The notes below the pieces were generated by a model. That model saw only the letters and a program-made list of their open reading frames with translations. It had not been told where the DNA came from and searched no databases. The translations under genes and the position numbers were made by a program. Below, piece after piece: positions 1-9,442 of a stretch of DNA of 64,000 nucleotides. The stretch's first letter is position 1. Every line of letters starts with the position of its first letter. The stretch is from positions 3,670 through 67,669 of the forward strand of contig JBEKYY010000025.1 in assembly GCA_049510395.1 (NCBI GenBank), read 5' to 3'. The DNA comes from Verrucomicrobiota bacterium (lineage in GTDB: Bacteria; Verrucomicrobiota; Verrucomicrobiia; Limisphaerales; UBA11358).

Positions 1-1612
1 TTTGTCCCTCGGCAAAAATGCAAACCACGTCGCCGGCGCGGATGGCCTCACTGGCCGTCTGCAGTGCCTTGATCATTTCGCGCGGACGCTGCTCGGAAGA
101 GATGGGAATTACGCCGAGAATGCGCGCGAAAGGTTTGACGTGGGGCAATTCGTAATTCGCCTTGTACATCATGAACCGCACCTGCCGGTCCGTGGAAGCG
201 AGCAGCAGCAGGGCGTCCACAAACGAAACGTGATTGCAGACGAACAGCGCGCCGCCTTTTGGGGGAATGTTATCGCGGCCATCCACACGAATCCGATAAA
301 TCGTCCGCGTGAGCAGCCAAAGGATGAACCGCAGCAGAGCGTCAGGCAAAAGAAACAGGGCGTAAACCGCGCCCGCCAGCGTCAGCGCACCGCCGAAAAG
401 GAAAATCTGGCTGGGAGTCAAATGCGCAACTTGCGCCAGCAGGAAATGTGCACCCGACGCCAGAAAAATGCCGACAAACGACAGCAGGTTTGCCGTGGCC
501 AGCACCTCGCCCTTTTTCTCCTTGTCCGGACGATGTTGCAGCAATGCGGAAATCGGTACGATGAAAAAGCCGCCGGCGAAACCAAGCGCCGCGATCAAGA
601 TCATTACCCGCGTGACTGATCCGCCCGGCAACGCGAGCGCCGCGGATACGACCGACATGCCGAGTGCGCCGAGCGGCACCAGACCGTATTCGATTTTGCC
701 GCCGGAAAGGTACCCGGCCGCCGCGCTGCCCACCCCGATGCCCAGCGCCAGCGACATCGTGAGCCGCCCGATGCCCATTTCGTCCAGATGTAATGTCTCG
801 AGGCCGTAAAAAAACAGATTCAGGAACAGCAACTGGCCAAGAAAATTGAAATAGGTGTTGCCGATCACCGACAACACAAGTGGCCGGTCGCCGCGCCACG
901 AACGCATTTGCCGGAGAATTGCACCGAGGAAATTCGCCTGGAATTTTTTACCGGGATCCGCCGCGGGAACGCGGGTGATGCCCAGACTCGTGACCAGGCC
1001 CACGAGCGCCAGCCCGATCAGAATCACGGCGGACAGCCAGGGCTCAGCCCGGAAATGGATGGACATCCAGGCAGCGGCGGGGAAGCCGAGAATGATGGCC
1101 ACGAACGTGCCGAGTTCCAGCAGACCATTGCCCCAGGACAGCTTCCTTTCCGGCAGCAGCTCCGGCAGCAGGCCGTATTTGGATGGACCGAAGAAGGCGC
1201 TGTGCACGCCCATTAGAAAAACGCAGGCAAGCAATGGCCAGCATGTCCTCCAAGACGCGGCGATTCCCTGGTTCAATTGCCTCTGCATCCACACGAAGCC
1301 CGCCAGCGCCAGCACCATCACGAATATTTCGAAAACCTTTACGCCAATGGTCATCGTCCGTTTACTGCGGCGGTCCGCGAGAAATCCGCCCGCCATGGAA
1401 AATAGAATGAACGGCAGCGCGAACAGCGCCATGACCAGTTCGCCGAGTTCATGCTTCCGCGCTAGCGACATGTCCATCCCGACGAGCAGGAACACGACGA
1501 GATTTTTCAGGACGTTGTCGCTGAATGCGCCTTGGAATTGAGTGACGAAGAGACTCCAGAAGCCGCAAAGGCTTGGTTCGGATTGCCGGCTGATGTCTTT
1601 TGGTTCAGTCAC
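1..1612 (-). CDS. MFS transporter fused to a PlsC-type acyltransferase (LplT/Aas-like); 3' end lies outside the window
   Basis: Not in the ORF track because there is no stop in the window. My minus-strand translation from GTG at 1610-1612 gives VTEPKDISRQSEPSLCGFWSLFVTQFQGAFSDNVLKNLVVFLLVGMD...FFGPSKYGLLPELLP (MFS helices). Near position 1 it gives RVDGRDNIPPKGGALFVCNHVSFVDALLLL, which contains the HX4D acyltransferase motif. Confidence 0.8.
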   Translation of the reverse strand, partial: MTEPKDISRQSEPSLCGFWSLFVTQFQGAFSDNVLKNLVVFLLVGMDMSLARKHELGELVMALFALPFILFSMAGGFLADRRSKRTMTIGVKVFEIFVMVLALAGFVWMQRQLNQGIAASWRTCWPLLACVFLMGVHSAFFGPSKYGLLPELLPERKLSWGNGLLELGTFVAIILGFPAAAWMSIHFRAEPWLSAVILIGLALVGLVTSLGITRVPAADPGKKFQANFLGAILRQMRSWRGDRPLVLSVIGNTYFNFLGQLLFLNLFFYGLETLHLDEMGIGRLTMSLALGIGVGSAAAGYLSGGKIEYGLVPLGALGMSVVSAALALPGGSVTRVMILIAALGFAGGFFIVPISALLQHRPDKEKKGEVLATANLLSFVGIFLASGAHFLLAQVAHLTPSQIFLFGGALTLAGAVYALFLLPDALLRFILWLLTRTIYRIRVDGRDNIPPKGGALFVCNHVSFVDALLLLASTDRQVRFMMYKANYELPHVKPFARILGVIPISSEQRPREMIKALQTASEAIRAGDVVCIFAEGQ

Positions 1613-1994
1613 GGTGGCAAAGCTAACCTCTTGCGCACCGAACTGTGAATTGAAAAACTTTTGCCCGGCATTGTTTGCAGCAATGGGGCGGAAGGAAAGA
1701 CAGTAATAAGTCCCCGGCTTCGACATTTAACCGCAGATGGATGCAAATACGAGGGGACCTACTGGGTTTTTCGAAACTTTTCTCCGGCCAGCCGAATATC
1801 GGAGGAATTTGGGGGAAATATCCCGCTTGAGCTTGATGACCAATGCAAGTTGTTCTTTAAGGCAGAGTAAGGTGCAGTTTTGTCAATTTTTTGGCATGAA
1901 CGGTGCTGTTTTTTTTAAGTTTGGTAAGGGTGCCAGTAGCCTGAGTTGTGCCCGCACATTTCGGTGATTTGTACCCTTAATTGGGATAAGAGCC

Positions 1995-3821
1995 ATGAAA
2001 ATCAATAGAACAATCCTTTTCGTCGAGGACGACGCAGTTGTGCTGACGACGTATCGGAATCTGCTCCAGCGGGAGGGATTTCGCATCGAGACTGCGCAAG
2101 ATGGGCTGGAGGCCCTCAAGGCTCTTTCTCAGGCCACGCCCGATCTGGTCGTGCTCGACCTGATGTTGCCGAAGTTCGACGGCGCGGATGTGCTAAAATT
2201 CATACGCGCCGACCCCCGGCTGAAAGTCGTTCCAATTATTATATTCTCTAACGTTCAAATTACAGATTTTGCTGAGGACGCGATAACCAGACAACTGCGC
2301 AAAACCGATTGCACGCCCTCCATACTGGTTCAAACCATTCAGGAAATGTTGATTACCGCGCCCGCCGACGCCCCCAATGCCACCAATGCTGTTCGAACTG
2401 ATTACGCACCCGCAATCAAATTACACATGGCCAACGACAGTTCGGCGGGTGAGCAAAACGATGACACGACCGAAGTGCCCGACGACGAAACTTCGCCCAC
2501 AAAAGGGCGTGCGGACTTTTTAAAAGACGCGCCAGCAGACATCGCGAAGGTCCGTGAGCATTGCCTCGCATATATTAAGGCGCCTACTTCTGTAGCCAAG
2601 CTGGAGCCGCTCTCTCAAAGCGTGCATTCCCTGAGCGCCAACGCCACCAAAGCCGGTTGCGGCCGCATAGCACTGCTGACGAAGGCGTTCGACATGTTGC
2701 TCTCCAAAATTGCGTCCAAGCCTGCGCGGGTAACACCTTCCATACTGCAAACTCTGGCTGAGGCGGCGGATTGCTTGGGTCTCTTGTTGAAAAGCGACGA
2801 AGCTGGTTCTACCGACGCGACACCAAGGGCCAAAGTGCTGGCTGTGGACGATGACACCGTTTGCAACCACGTGATTGTCAACACGTTGAAACGGGCCAAC
2901 CTCGACATTGTAAGCGTCGAAGACCCTTTGGAAGGCCTGAAACTGCTGCAGACCAACCATTACGACTTGGTGTTGCTGGACATTGACATGCCCAAGCTAA
3001 CTGGCTTTGAAGTGTGTGAAAAATTGCGTGCTTTGCCTCATTATAAGACAACACCTGTCATTTTCGTAACTGCCCATAGCAATTTTGGGAACCGTACGCA
3101 GGGGGTGCTCAGTGGGGGCAACTATTTCATCACCAAACCGGTTGATCCGTTGGAACTGGCACTCAAAGTAACCATTCATCTGTTCAAGGCCCAAGTGCAA
3201 CACGCTGGCGCGCCACAGCCGGAAACGAAACCAGAAGTCAAACCACAAGCAGCCAAGGCCCCAGAAGCAGCGCTCAAACCTCCGGTTCCGGCTCCAGCCA
3301 ACCAGCAAACGAATAGCAAGGCGAAGAACGGGGATTCCCCCGGTGTGGCACTGCCCAAAGCCCAACCACGACCGGCCACTGCCCCGGAAGCTGCGCCCAA
3401 ACCCGCGCCGGCAGTGCTCAAATCCGCGCCCCCGGTTCCGATCAACCCGTCCAAGAACGGCAGGGTGAAAGACATACCAGCCATGGCTGCTCTGAGTGTG
3501 GCGCCACCGGTGGCACCGCCAAGCATGGCATCTTCAGTCAAATCACGTGCAGCCAATATCTCAAAAGTCATGCCACCCCTCAGCCTGGCCACCCCACTCG
3601 GCGAAACTGGCACGCTGAATGTTAGTAAATTGTCAGGCAGCAGAAATCGAAACAGAATTATGAACAACGAACAAGACGAAGCATTCGAAAAGGTCGTCGT
3701 CGCAGTGGTGCGAATCATCTTCGGGGACGATAACTTGACGGACATGAACATTCGTCTGGTGCGCATTGCACTGGAGCGTTACAACGTCCATGAGGTCATT
3801 AATTCTCCTGTCGTAGCGTAA
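1995..3821 (+). CDS. Multidomain phosphorelay protein: REC - HPt - REC - Pro/Ala-rich linker - unassigned ~70-aa C-terminal domain
   Basis: REC1: ILFVEDD...DLVVLDLMLPKFDG...PIIIFS. HPt-like: SVHSLSANATKAGCGRIALL. REC2: VLAVDDD...DLVLLDIDMPKLTG...PVIFVTAH. This is followed by about 150 aa of P/A/K-rich low complexity. Confidence 0.8.
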   Translation: MKINRTILFVEDDAVVLTTYRNLLQREGFRIETAQDGLEALKALSQATPDLVVLDLMLPKFDGADVLKFIRADPRLKVVPIIIFSNVQITDFAEDAITRQLRKTDCTPSILVQTIQEMLITAPADAPNATNAVRTDYAPAIKLHMANDSSAGEQNDDTTEVPDDETSPTKGRADFLKDAPADIAKVREHCLAYIKAPTSVAKLEPLSQSVHSLSANATKAGCGRIALLTKAFDMLLSKIASKPARVTPSILQTLAEAADCLGLLLKSDEAGSTDATPRAKVLAVDDDTVCNHVIVNTLKRANLDIVSVEDPLEGLKLLQTNHYDLVLLDIDMPKLTGFEVCEKLRALPHYKTTPVIFVTAHSNFGNRTQGVLSGGNYFITKPVDPLELALKVTIHLFKAQVQHAGAPQPETKPEVKPQAAKAPEAALKPPVPAPANQQTNSKAKNGDSPGVALPKAQPRPATAPEAAPKPAPAVLKSAPPVPINPSKNGRVKDIPAMAALSVAPPVAPPSMASSVKSRAANISKVMPPLSLATPLGETGTLNVSKLSGSRNRNRIMNNEQDEAFEKVVVAVVRIIFGDDNLTDMNIRLVRIALERYNVHEVINSPVVA

Positions 3822-4101
3822 GGGGTTATATCATGGACTTATGCCGTCAATTCCGCCCGCGAGGGGAATGCGAAATAGGTTGCACTCAATCACAAGATTG
3901 GAGTGCAACGGCCACATTAATTTGACGGGCCTCAAATCCATCGTGCTTGTTCTTTCTTTCCGTAATTGTGAGTTTGCACACTTGGTCGCCGCCATCGAAA
4001 ACAAAACCAGCAACAACGCAAACAACGTGTTGACCGGTTTTCCGACGCAATACTGCTAGGTGCGCAGTGAAAGCATGGCCTGATGCACCGCCAACCTGGC
4101 T

Positions 4102-5397
4102 TTAACCCGAAGTATCCCGAGCCGGGGAAGCCCCTGTCTCCTGAACGGGCGTTGCCCCCTTCAATATTTCCTTCGGATCAACGAGACCCAAGCCCGGTCC
4201 CTTGGGCACGCTGATGGCGCCATCAACAATGCGCAACGGTGGATTGAACCATTGGCCATAGGTTTCCACGCCCTTCTTATATTCCTGCCACGGCCCAATC
4301 TTCGGCGTGCAAGAAGCAAAGTGGAGTGAATACACAAATCCAAATCCGCCGGAAAGATGCACGGTGGTGGCAATGCCGGCCGATTCGGCCATGCGCGCCA
4401 CGCGGCGGGAACGAATCAGACCACCATAGTAATATAGGTCGGGCTGGACGATATCCGCCACGCGGTTGCGGATGCACCATTGGAAACGCCAGTGGCTGGA
4501 TTCCTGTTCGCCGAAGGCGACGGGAATTGAAAGGGTGTCGGTGACTTTTTTTGTCGCATCAAAATTATCGAAAGGACAGGGTTCTTCGTAGTGGATGGCC
4601 TTGATGTCCTCCAGCATCCGGCCCACCCGGATGGCTTCAGGCGGATCGTAGGAACTGTTGGCATCGGCATGAATGACCATTTTATCGCCGAACGCCTTTC
4701 GGGAGAGGGGAATCAATTTATCCGTGCGACCCGGCAGGGCGTCCTGATTGCGGCTCATGCGTCCGCCGACGCGGTATTTGATGGCTTTGGCGCCGGTCTT
4801 TTCAACCAGGCCTTCCAGGTAATCAATCTCCTGGTCCGGTGTGGTGTCGCGCCGCCCGCTAGCAACGTAAAACGGAACGTCGGTGCGGACGATGCCGCCG
4901 AGCATTTCACCCAGAGACTGGTTGCTCATCCGGCCCAGCAGGTCGAGAATGGCGAATTCCACCAGCGCCACCGGACACCAGAAAGCCAGACCCTGCATCT
5001 TGTAGTTGCTTTGATAGCGGTACACGCCAAAGAGGTTCTCTTCCATGTCGCGCGCGTCCTTGCCGATGAAATAGGGGATTACCTGTTGATTGAGAATCGG
5101 ATGAAAAATCTCCATCCGGCCGTCATCCACCGAGACGCCCTCCGCGCCGTCCTTGGAGCGGACCCGCACAAAATGGTCCTTGCCCTTGCGGAGCAGTTCA
5201 ACGGACTCGATGATGACCGGGTCTTTGAGTCCTTTGAGCTGGAGGACCGGCTCGGCGGCGGCGCGTTTCAGGACCTCGTCGGTAACCGGCCGGGAACCGG
5301 ACGGCGAATTGGTTGGTCGGGCGAGCAACGGAGCAGCTGCGGCGCCGACGCCGGCGACGGCAGTGGTGCGGAGGAAATTGCGACGGGTGAATTTCAT
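4102..5397 (-). CDS. Enolase-superfamily (mandelate racemase/muconate lactonizing enzyme-like) protein with an N-terminal twin-arginine signal
   Basis: N-terminus MKFTRRNFLRTTAVAGVGAAAAPLLA has a Tat RRxFL motif. Barrel-domain metal-ligand contexts: IHADANSSYD, HYEEPCP, AFGEQES. Confidence 0.75.
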   Translation of the reverse strand: MKFTRRNFLRTTAVAGVGAAAAPLLARPTNSPSGSRPVTDEVLKRAAAEPVLQLKGLKDPVIIESVELLRKGKDHFVRVRSKDGAEGVSVDDGRMEIFHPILNQQVIPYFIGKDARDMEENLFGVYRYQSNYKMQGLAFWCPVALVEFAILDLLGRMSNQSLGEMLGGIVRTDVPFYVASGRRDTTPDQEIDYLEGLVEKTGAKAIKYRVGGRMSRNQDALPGRTDKLIPLSRKAFGDKMVIHADANSSYDPPEAIRVGRMLEDIKAIHYEEPCPFDNFDATKKVTDTLSIPVAFGEQESSHWRFQWCIRNRVADIVQPDLYYYGGLIRSRRVARMAESAGIATTVHLSGGFGFVYSLHFASCTPKIGPWQEYKKGVETYGQWFNPPLRIVDGAISVPKGPGLGLVDPKEILKGATPVQETGASPARDTSG

Positions 5398-5481
5398 GGC
5401 AATGGTTTCAAGTTGCGAAGTTAATGATAGGTGGTGGCGATGATGTCAACTCTGTTCGGGACGAAATCTCACCCGTCAACT

Positions 5482-6777
5482 TTAAAGATCCGTTGGCGAT
5501 TCGTTAGCCGCGCCATTGAGCATTGCTATGGCCCGTTTTTCATCAAAGGCTTTTTCCCATCGGGCCACGACGATGGTGGCGAGGCCATTGCCAATCAGGT
5601 TGGTCACCGCCCGCGCAGCATTGACAAAGCGGTCAATCCCGACCAGCAACACCAGACCGGCAACGGGTATTTTGTCCATCGAAGCCAGCGTGGCGGCGAG
5701 GGCAATAAATCCGGCGCCGGCCACTCCCGCCGAGCCTTTGGACGTGAACAGGCAGACGGCTAGAACGATCAACTGGTCGCTCAGTGTCAATGGCGTGTTA
5801 GTGGCCTGTGCGACAAAGATGGCGCCCATCGTCAGGTAGATGGACGAACCATCGGCGTTGAAAGTGTAGCCGGCAGGCAGAACCAGGCCCACGACCGGCT
5901 TGGCACACCCCAGTTGCTCCAGCTTGACCATCATCCGCGGCAGCACGGCTTCTGATGAAGCCGTGGCGAAGGTGATCATGATTTCGTCCTTGAAGAACTT
6001 GAGATATTTCCAGAGCGAGATACGGTTCATCCAAGCGATGATGCCGAGGACCAGGAAGATAAAGATCGCGCTCGTGAGATAGACGCCGCAAATCAGCTTA
6101 CCGAAGGAGCCCAAGGTGCCGACGCCGTATTTCCCGATGGTGAAAGCCATGGCCCCGAACGCGGCCAGCGGGGCCAGATACATGACAAAACGCACGATGC
6201 CGAACAGACCGTGCAGGACGGAGTCAATCACCTCCACGATTACTTTTCCCCGGTCGGGAAGCTGCGCCAAAGCCAGCCCGAACAGCACCGAAATCAGAAT
6301 GATCTGCAGCATGTTGCCTTGCACAAAAGCATCCGCAAAGCTGGCCGGAATGATGTTCATGAAAAAACCGACCGCGTCCTGCTGTTTGGCGGCGGCGGTG
6401 TAGGTGGTGAGCGACTTGGCGTCCAAGGTGGAAGCATCGATGTTCATCCCGGCACCCGGTTGCATTACGTTCACCACCACCAATCCGATGGCCAGTGCCA
6501 GCGTCGAAACGATTTCGAAATAGATCAACGCCTTGATGCCGACCCGGCCCACCTCTTTCAGGTTTCCCATCTTCGCAATGCCGACGACAACCGTGCCGAA
6601 GATGATCGGCGCGAGCAGCATCTTGATAAGCTTGATGAAACCGTCACCGAGCGGCTTGAGTGTTTCCGCAAAGCCGGGACACAAATAGCCGACGACGATG
6701 CCCAGCACGAAGCCGAGGAGCACCTGAAAGTAAAGCTGGCTTAACAAACTTGTTCTTTTGCCCTTGGCAGTATCCAT
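5482..6777 (-). CDS. dctA: C4-dicarboxylate / dicarboxylate-amino acid:cation symporter (DAACS family)
   Basis: LLSQLYFQVLLGFVLGIVVG...LGDGFIKLIKMLLAPIIFGTVVVGIAKMG and the C-terminal ...NLIGNGLATIVVARWE are typical of DctA. Confidence 0.9.
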   Translation of the reverse strand: MDTAKGKRTSLLSQLYFQVLLGFVLGIVVGYLCPGFAETLKPLGDGFIKLIKMLLAPIIFGTVVVGIAKMGNLKEVGRVGIKALIYFEIVSTLALAIGLVVVNVMQPGAGMNIDASTLDAKSLTTYTAAAKQQDAVGFFMNIIPASFADAFVQGNMLQIILISVLFGLALAQLPDRGKVIVEVIDSVLHGLFGIVRFVMYLAPLAAFGAMAFTIGKYGVGTLGSFGKLICGVYLTSAIFIFLVLGIIAWMNRISLWKYLKFFKDEIMITFATASSEAVLPRMMVKLEQLGCAKPVVGLVLPAGYTFNADGSSIYLTMGAIFVAQATNTPLTLSDQLIVLAVCLFTSKGSAGVAGAGFIALAATLASMDKIPVAGLVLLVGIDRFVNAARAVTNLIGNGLATIVVARWEKAFDEKRAIAMLNGAANESPTDL

Positions 6778-6790
6778 GGTCGTTTTGGTT

Positions 6791-7957
6791 TTAGTCGCTG
6801 ACTGATTTCATCACCTTGAAAAGCTCGGCCTTGGTTTCAAAACCGACACCCGGGACCTTTGGCAAACCCACATACCCATTCTCAACAGCGATGCCGTCGG
6901 CGAAGCCGCCAAACGGCTGGAAGACGCCCGGATACGATTCGTTGCCGCCGAGATGCAAACCAGCGGCAATGTTGAGCGACATCTGATGACCGCCGTGCGG
7001 CACAACCCGCCGCGTGGACCAGCCATGCTGCTGCAGCACCTCCAGGGTGCGTAGATATTCGACCAGGCCGTAGGACAGCGCACAGTCAAATTGCAGCCAG
7101 TCGCGTTCGGGGTTCATGCCGCCGTGGCGAATCAGGTTACGGGCGTCCTGGTGTGAGAAAAGGTTTTCACCCGTGGCCATCGGCAGAGGATAGTGTTTGG
7201 AAAGCTCCGCCTGCAACGCATAGTCAAGCGGATCACCGGCCTCTTCATACCAAAACAGCTTGTAAGGTTTCATCGCCTCGCCGTAGGCAATGGCGGTGTC
7301 GAGATCGAAACGGCCATTGGCATCCACCGCCAGGAATTTTCCGTCACCCACCACCTCCAACACCGCCTCGATGCGCCGGACATCCTCGTCGAGCGGAGCG
7401 CCGCCGATTTTCATTTTCACCACTTGGTAGCCGAGATCGCGATAGTGCTTCATCTCGTTTTTCAGGGCGGTCAGGTCCTTGCCGGGGTAATAATAGCCAC
7501 CCGCGGCGTAGATCCAGACCTTGTCATCCGCCTTGCCGGCGCGATAACGATCCGCCAACAAACGGTAGAGCGGCTTGCCCGCAATCTTGGCCACGGCGTC
7601 CCACACCGCCATGTCAATGGCCCCCACCGCCACCGACCGTTCGCCGTGCCCGCCCGGTTTCTCGTTTTTCATGAGCGTGGTCCAGATGCGGAATGGATCC
7701 AGGTTTTCGCCGGTCTCATCCACCAGCGTTTTGGGGTCGGCGGCCATCAGGCGGGGGAAAAACCGCTCACGCATCAACGCGCCCTGGCCGTAGCGGCCAT
7801 TGGAGTTGAAGCCATAACCCACCACCGGTTTGCCATCGCGCACGACGTCGGTGATCAGCGCAACCACCGAGCACGTCATCTTCGAGAAATCGATGTACGC
7901 GTTGGTGATGGCCGAGGCGATGGAAACAGTTTTTTCGCGGAGTTCGACAATGCGCAT
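6791..7957 (-). CDS. Enolase-superfamily dehydratase, MR subgroup, D-tartrate dehydratase (TarD)-like
   Basis: KxK motif (VVKMKIGG); ligands LAVDANGRFD, WYEEAGDP, ATGENLF; His in VVPHGGH. The N-terminal NAYIDFSKMT...VVGYGFNSNGRYGQG resembles TarD as I recall it. Substrate specificity is inferred. Confidence 0.7.
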   Translation of the reverse strand: MRIVELREKTVSIASAITNAYIDFSKMTCSVVALITDVVRDGKPVVGYGFNSNGRYGQGALMRERFFPRLMAADPKTLVDETGENLDPFRIWTTLMKNEKPGGHGERSVAVGAIDMAVWDAVAKIAGKPLYRLLADRYRAGKADDKVWIYAAGGYYYPGKDLTALKNEMKHYRDLGYQVVKMKIGGAPLDEDVRRIEAVLEVVGDGKFLAVDANGRFDLDTAIAYGEAMKPYKLFWYEEAGDPLDYALQAELSKHYPLPMATGENLFSHQDARNLIRHGGMNPERDWLQFDCALSYGLVEYLRTLEVLQQHGWSTRRVVPHGGHQMSLNIAAGLHLGGNESYPGVFQPFGGFADGIAVENGYVGLPKVPGVGFETKAELFKVMKSVSD

Positions 7958-7977
7958 TTTATTTCTCCGTGATTAAA

Positions 7978-8001
7978 CCGGGTTTAGCAAAAGAAACCCG
8001 G
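7978..8001 (-). terminator. Hairpin downstream of the lipoprotein gene (CCGGGTTT-N8-AAACCCGG)
   Basis: 8-bp GC-rich stem. On the minus strand it is followed by TTTAATC, which is a weak U-tract. Confidence 0.35.
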
Positions 8002-8143
8002 CGCACGCGACATCGGATTTTCAAGCCCATGGTCATGCCCCATGAGACACTGCGCCGAAGAAAAAAACAACCAAAGTTTATCCGGCGGTTTCGTCGGGAA
8101 ACCCTTGTGTGAACAGTGCCTTCGACCGGCGCCGTCCGGCTGG

Positions 8144-8749
8144 TTACTGGGAACCCGGCGGGGTCACGGCGGGGACACTGTTGGTCCGGCGGATCATTTC
8201 GTCTGGCTTCTCGAACAGTTCATCGAGGTGCTTGAGTACGAACTTCTGCAGGTCGCGCGTCTCGGCGGTCAGGACGATGCGTTTGTCTTCAATGTGATGC
8301 GCGAGGGCCTTCGGGTTCTTCTCCAGATGTTTTTGCAGCCAATCGAAGTCGAAGAAGGCGAGCTTCAATTCCGGCTCAAGCTGCGGCACGCGGACGAGCA
8401 AATGCCCGGGAAACATCGAAGCCGTCACCAAGTCGGCCTGGTTCGTCGCGTAATTGCAGTCGTCCGGGATGAGGTCTAGAAAATACTCCTGCTTGAGCTG
8501 GAAGAGATGGGCGTTGAACCTGCCTTGCTTGTCCCCCTTTTCCGTGATGGTCAGTTTGTACATCTTGTTGGTTGTGCCCTCGAATTTCCAGACATCCGGG
8601 TTGTCCGATTTGTCTTTTTCCTGCCACTCGCCGAGCAGGCGCGCGTCGAAGACAACGTCCTTGACGGTGTAGAACGGATTGATGGACGGGATGCAGGAGC
8701 AGAGCAGCACGGCGGCGCCGGCAATTGCAATGAGGTTGTATTTTTTCAT
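8144..8749 (-). CDS. Hypothetical lipoprotein
   Basis: MKKYNLIAIAGAAVLLCSCIPS is a signal peptide with a lipobox-like LLCSC. No recognisable domain. Confidence 0.6.
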   Translation of the reverse strand: MKKYNLIAIAGAAVLLCSCIPSINPFYTVKDVVFDARLLGEWQEKDKSDNPDVWKFEGTTNKMYKLTITEKGDKQGRFNAHLFQLKQEYFLDLIPDDCNYATNQADLVTASMFPGHLLVRVPQLEPELKLAFFDFDWLQKHLEKNPKALAHHIEDKRIVLTAETRDLQKFVLKHLDELFEKPDEMIRRTNSVPAVTPPGSQ

Positions 8750-8791
8750 AGGCGTATTTCAGTTCAGTTCAATTTTGCCGGGTGAGCAACC

Positions 8792-8956
8792 TTAAAAGCG
8801 GTTTTTTTCCATCGCCTCGGCATAGGGCTTGCCGTCCACGAAGACTTCCTTGACGCGACCGCGGCCGGAGGCAGGCACGACGACCTGGGCGGTGAGTTTG
8901 CCGGTTGGATTGCCCGTGCCTTCGGCGACGTACGAATAAAACAGGATGAGGCGGAT
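8792..8956 (-). pseudogene. C-terminal remnant (~52 codons) of a GDYXXLXY-family gene, paralogous to the 3' end of 10383..10931
   Basis: About 125 bp align at roughly 80-85% identity by eye with 10390-10540. The translation is FYSYVAEGTGNPTGKLTAQVVVPASGRGRVKEVFVDGKPYAEAMEKNRF*, versus FYVAEGTGNPIGKLTAQVVVPASGRGRVKEIFVDGKPYAEVMKGAAR* in the intact gene. An in-frame TGA lies immediately upstream. Confidence 0.75.
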
Positions 8957-9442
8957 TCAACAGGTCCGGCCAACGATTTTGGGAAATCCTCGGCGAAGCG
9001 GGCATCAATACCGACACGATCAAGGTGAAGATGGCGGCGCGGATGAGAGTAAAGACCGTGGTGACGTTGGACTGGATTGGGCAGCGATTGCAGATGGATT
9101 GTCGGCACACATTGGCCAATTGTTTGAAAGGGTAGTCATTTTCTGCAACAGCCGGGACTGACATCCTCCAGGATGTACCTGTCGTTTCCCGAAAAAATGC
9201 TTGACTTCCGATCCCCACCGGGCTTATAAGCCCCATCGAACGAGAAGAAAGGGATATGGATATAGTTCCTGAGCGCCGTGCGAATGAGCTTCTTTGTCGG
9301 GAGGCTCAAGCCAAGGGAAGGCGATGCGCTCGGACGCAGGCCGCACCCGACCGGCTCTGTTTAACCCTGTCTCCTTTGAACTCCAAAAGCAATCTCCTAT
9401 CAGTATCAGCTAACACTTAACCTTTAATTGGAGGGTAACCTT

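Noticed and set aside
2-1541. Plus-strand ORFs 2..619, 468..809, 855..1541 and 908..1216 at the left edge.
   Set aside because: Their translations are Arg/Gln/Pro-rich with no motifs. The opposite strand reads as a continuous MFS-acyltransferase protein with an HX4D motif. These are shadow ORFs typical of GC-rich DNA.
3831-4059. Small ORFs 3831..4025(-) (hydrophobic N-terminus MFALLLVLFSMAATKC) and 3841..4059(+) in the convergent spacer. A 9-bp hairpin, GTTGCACTC..GAGTGCAAC, lies at about 3878-3910.
   Set aside because: The first has a TTG start, no SD and no homology I can recognise, and the region is more simply a 3' UTR/terminator zone. It is too weak to call as a gene.
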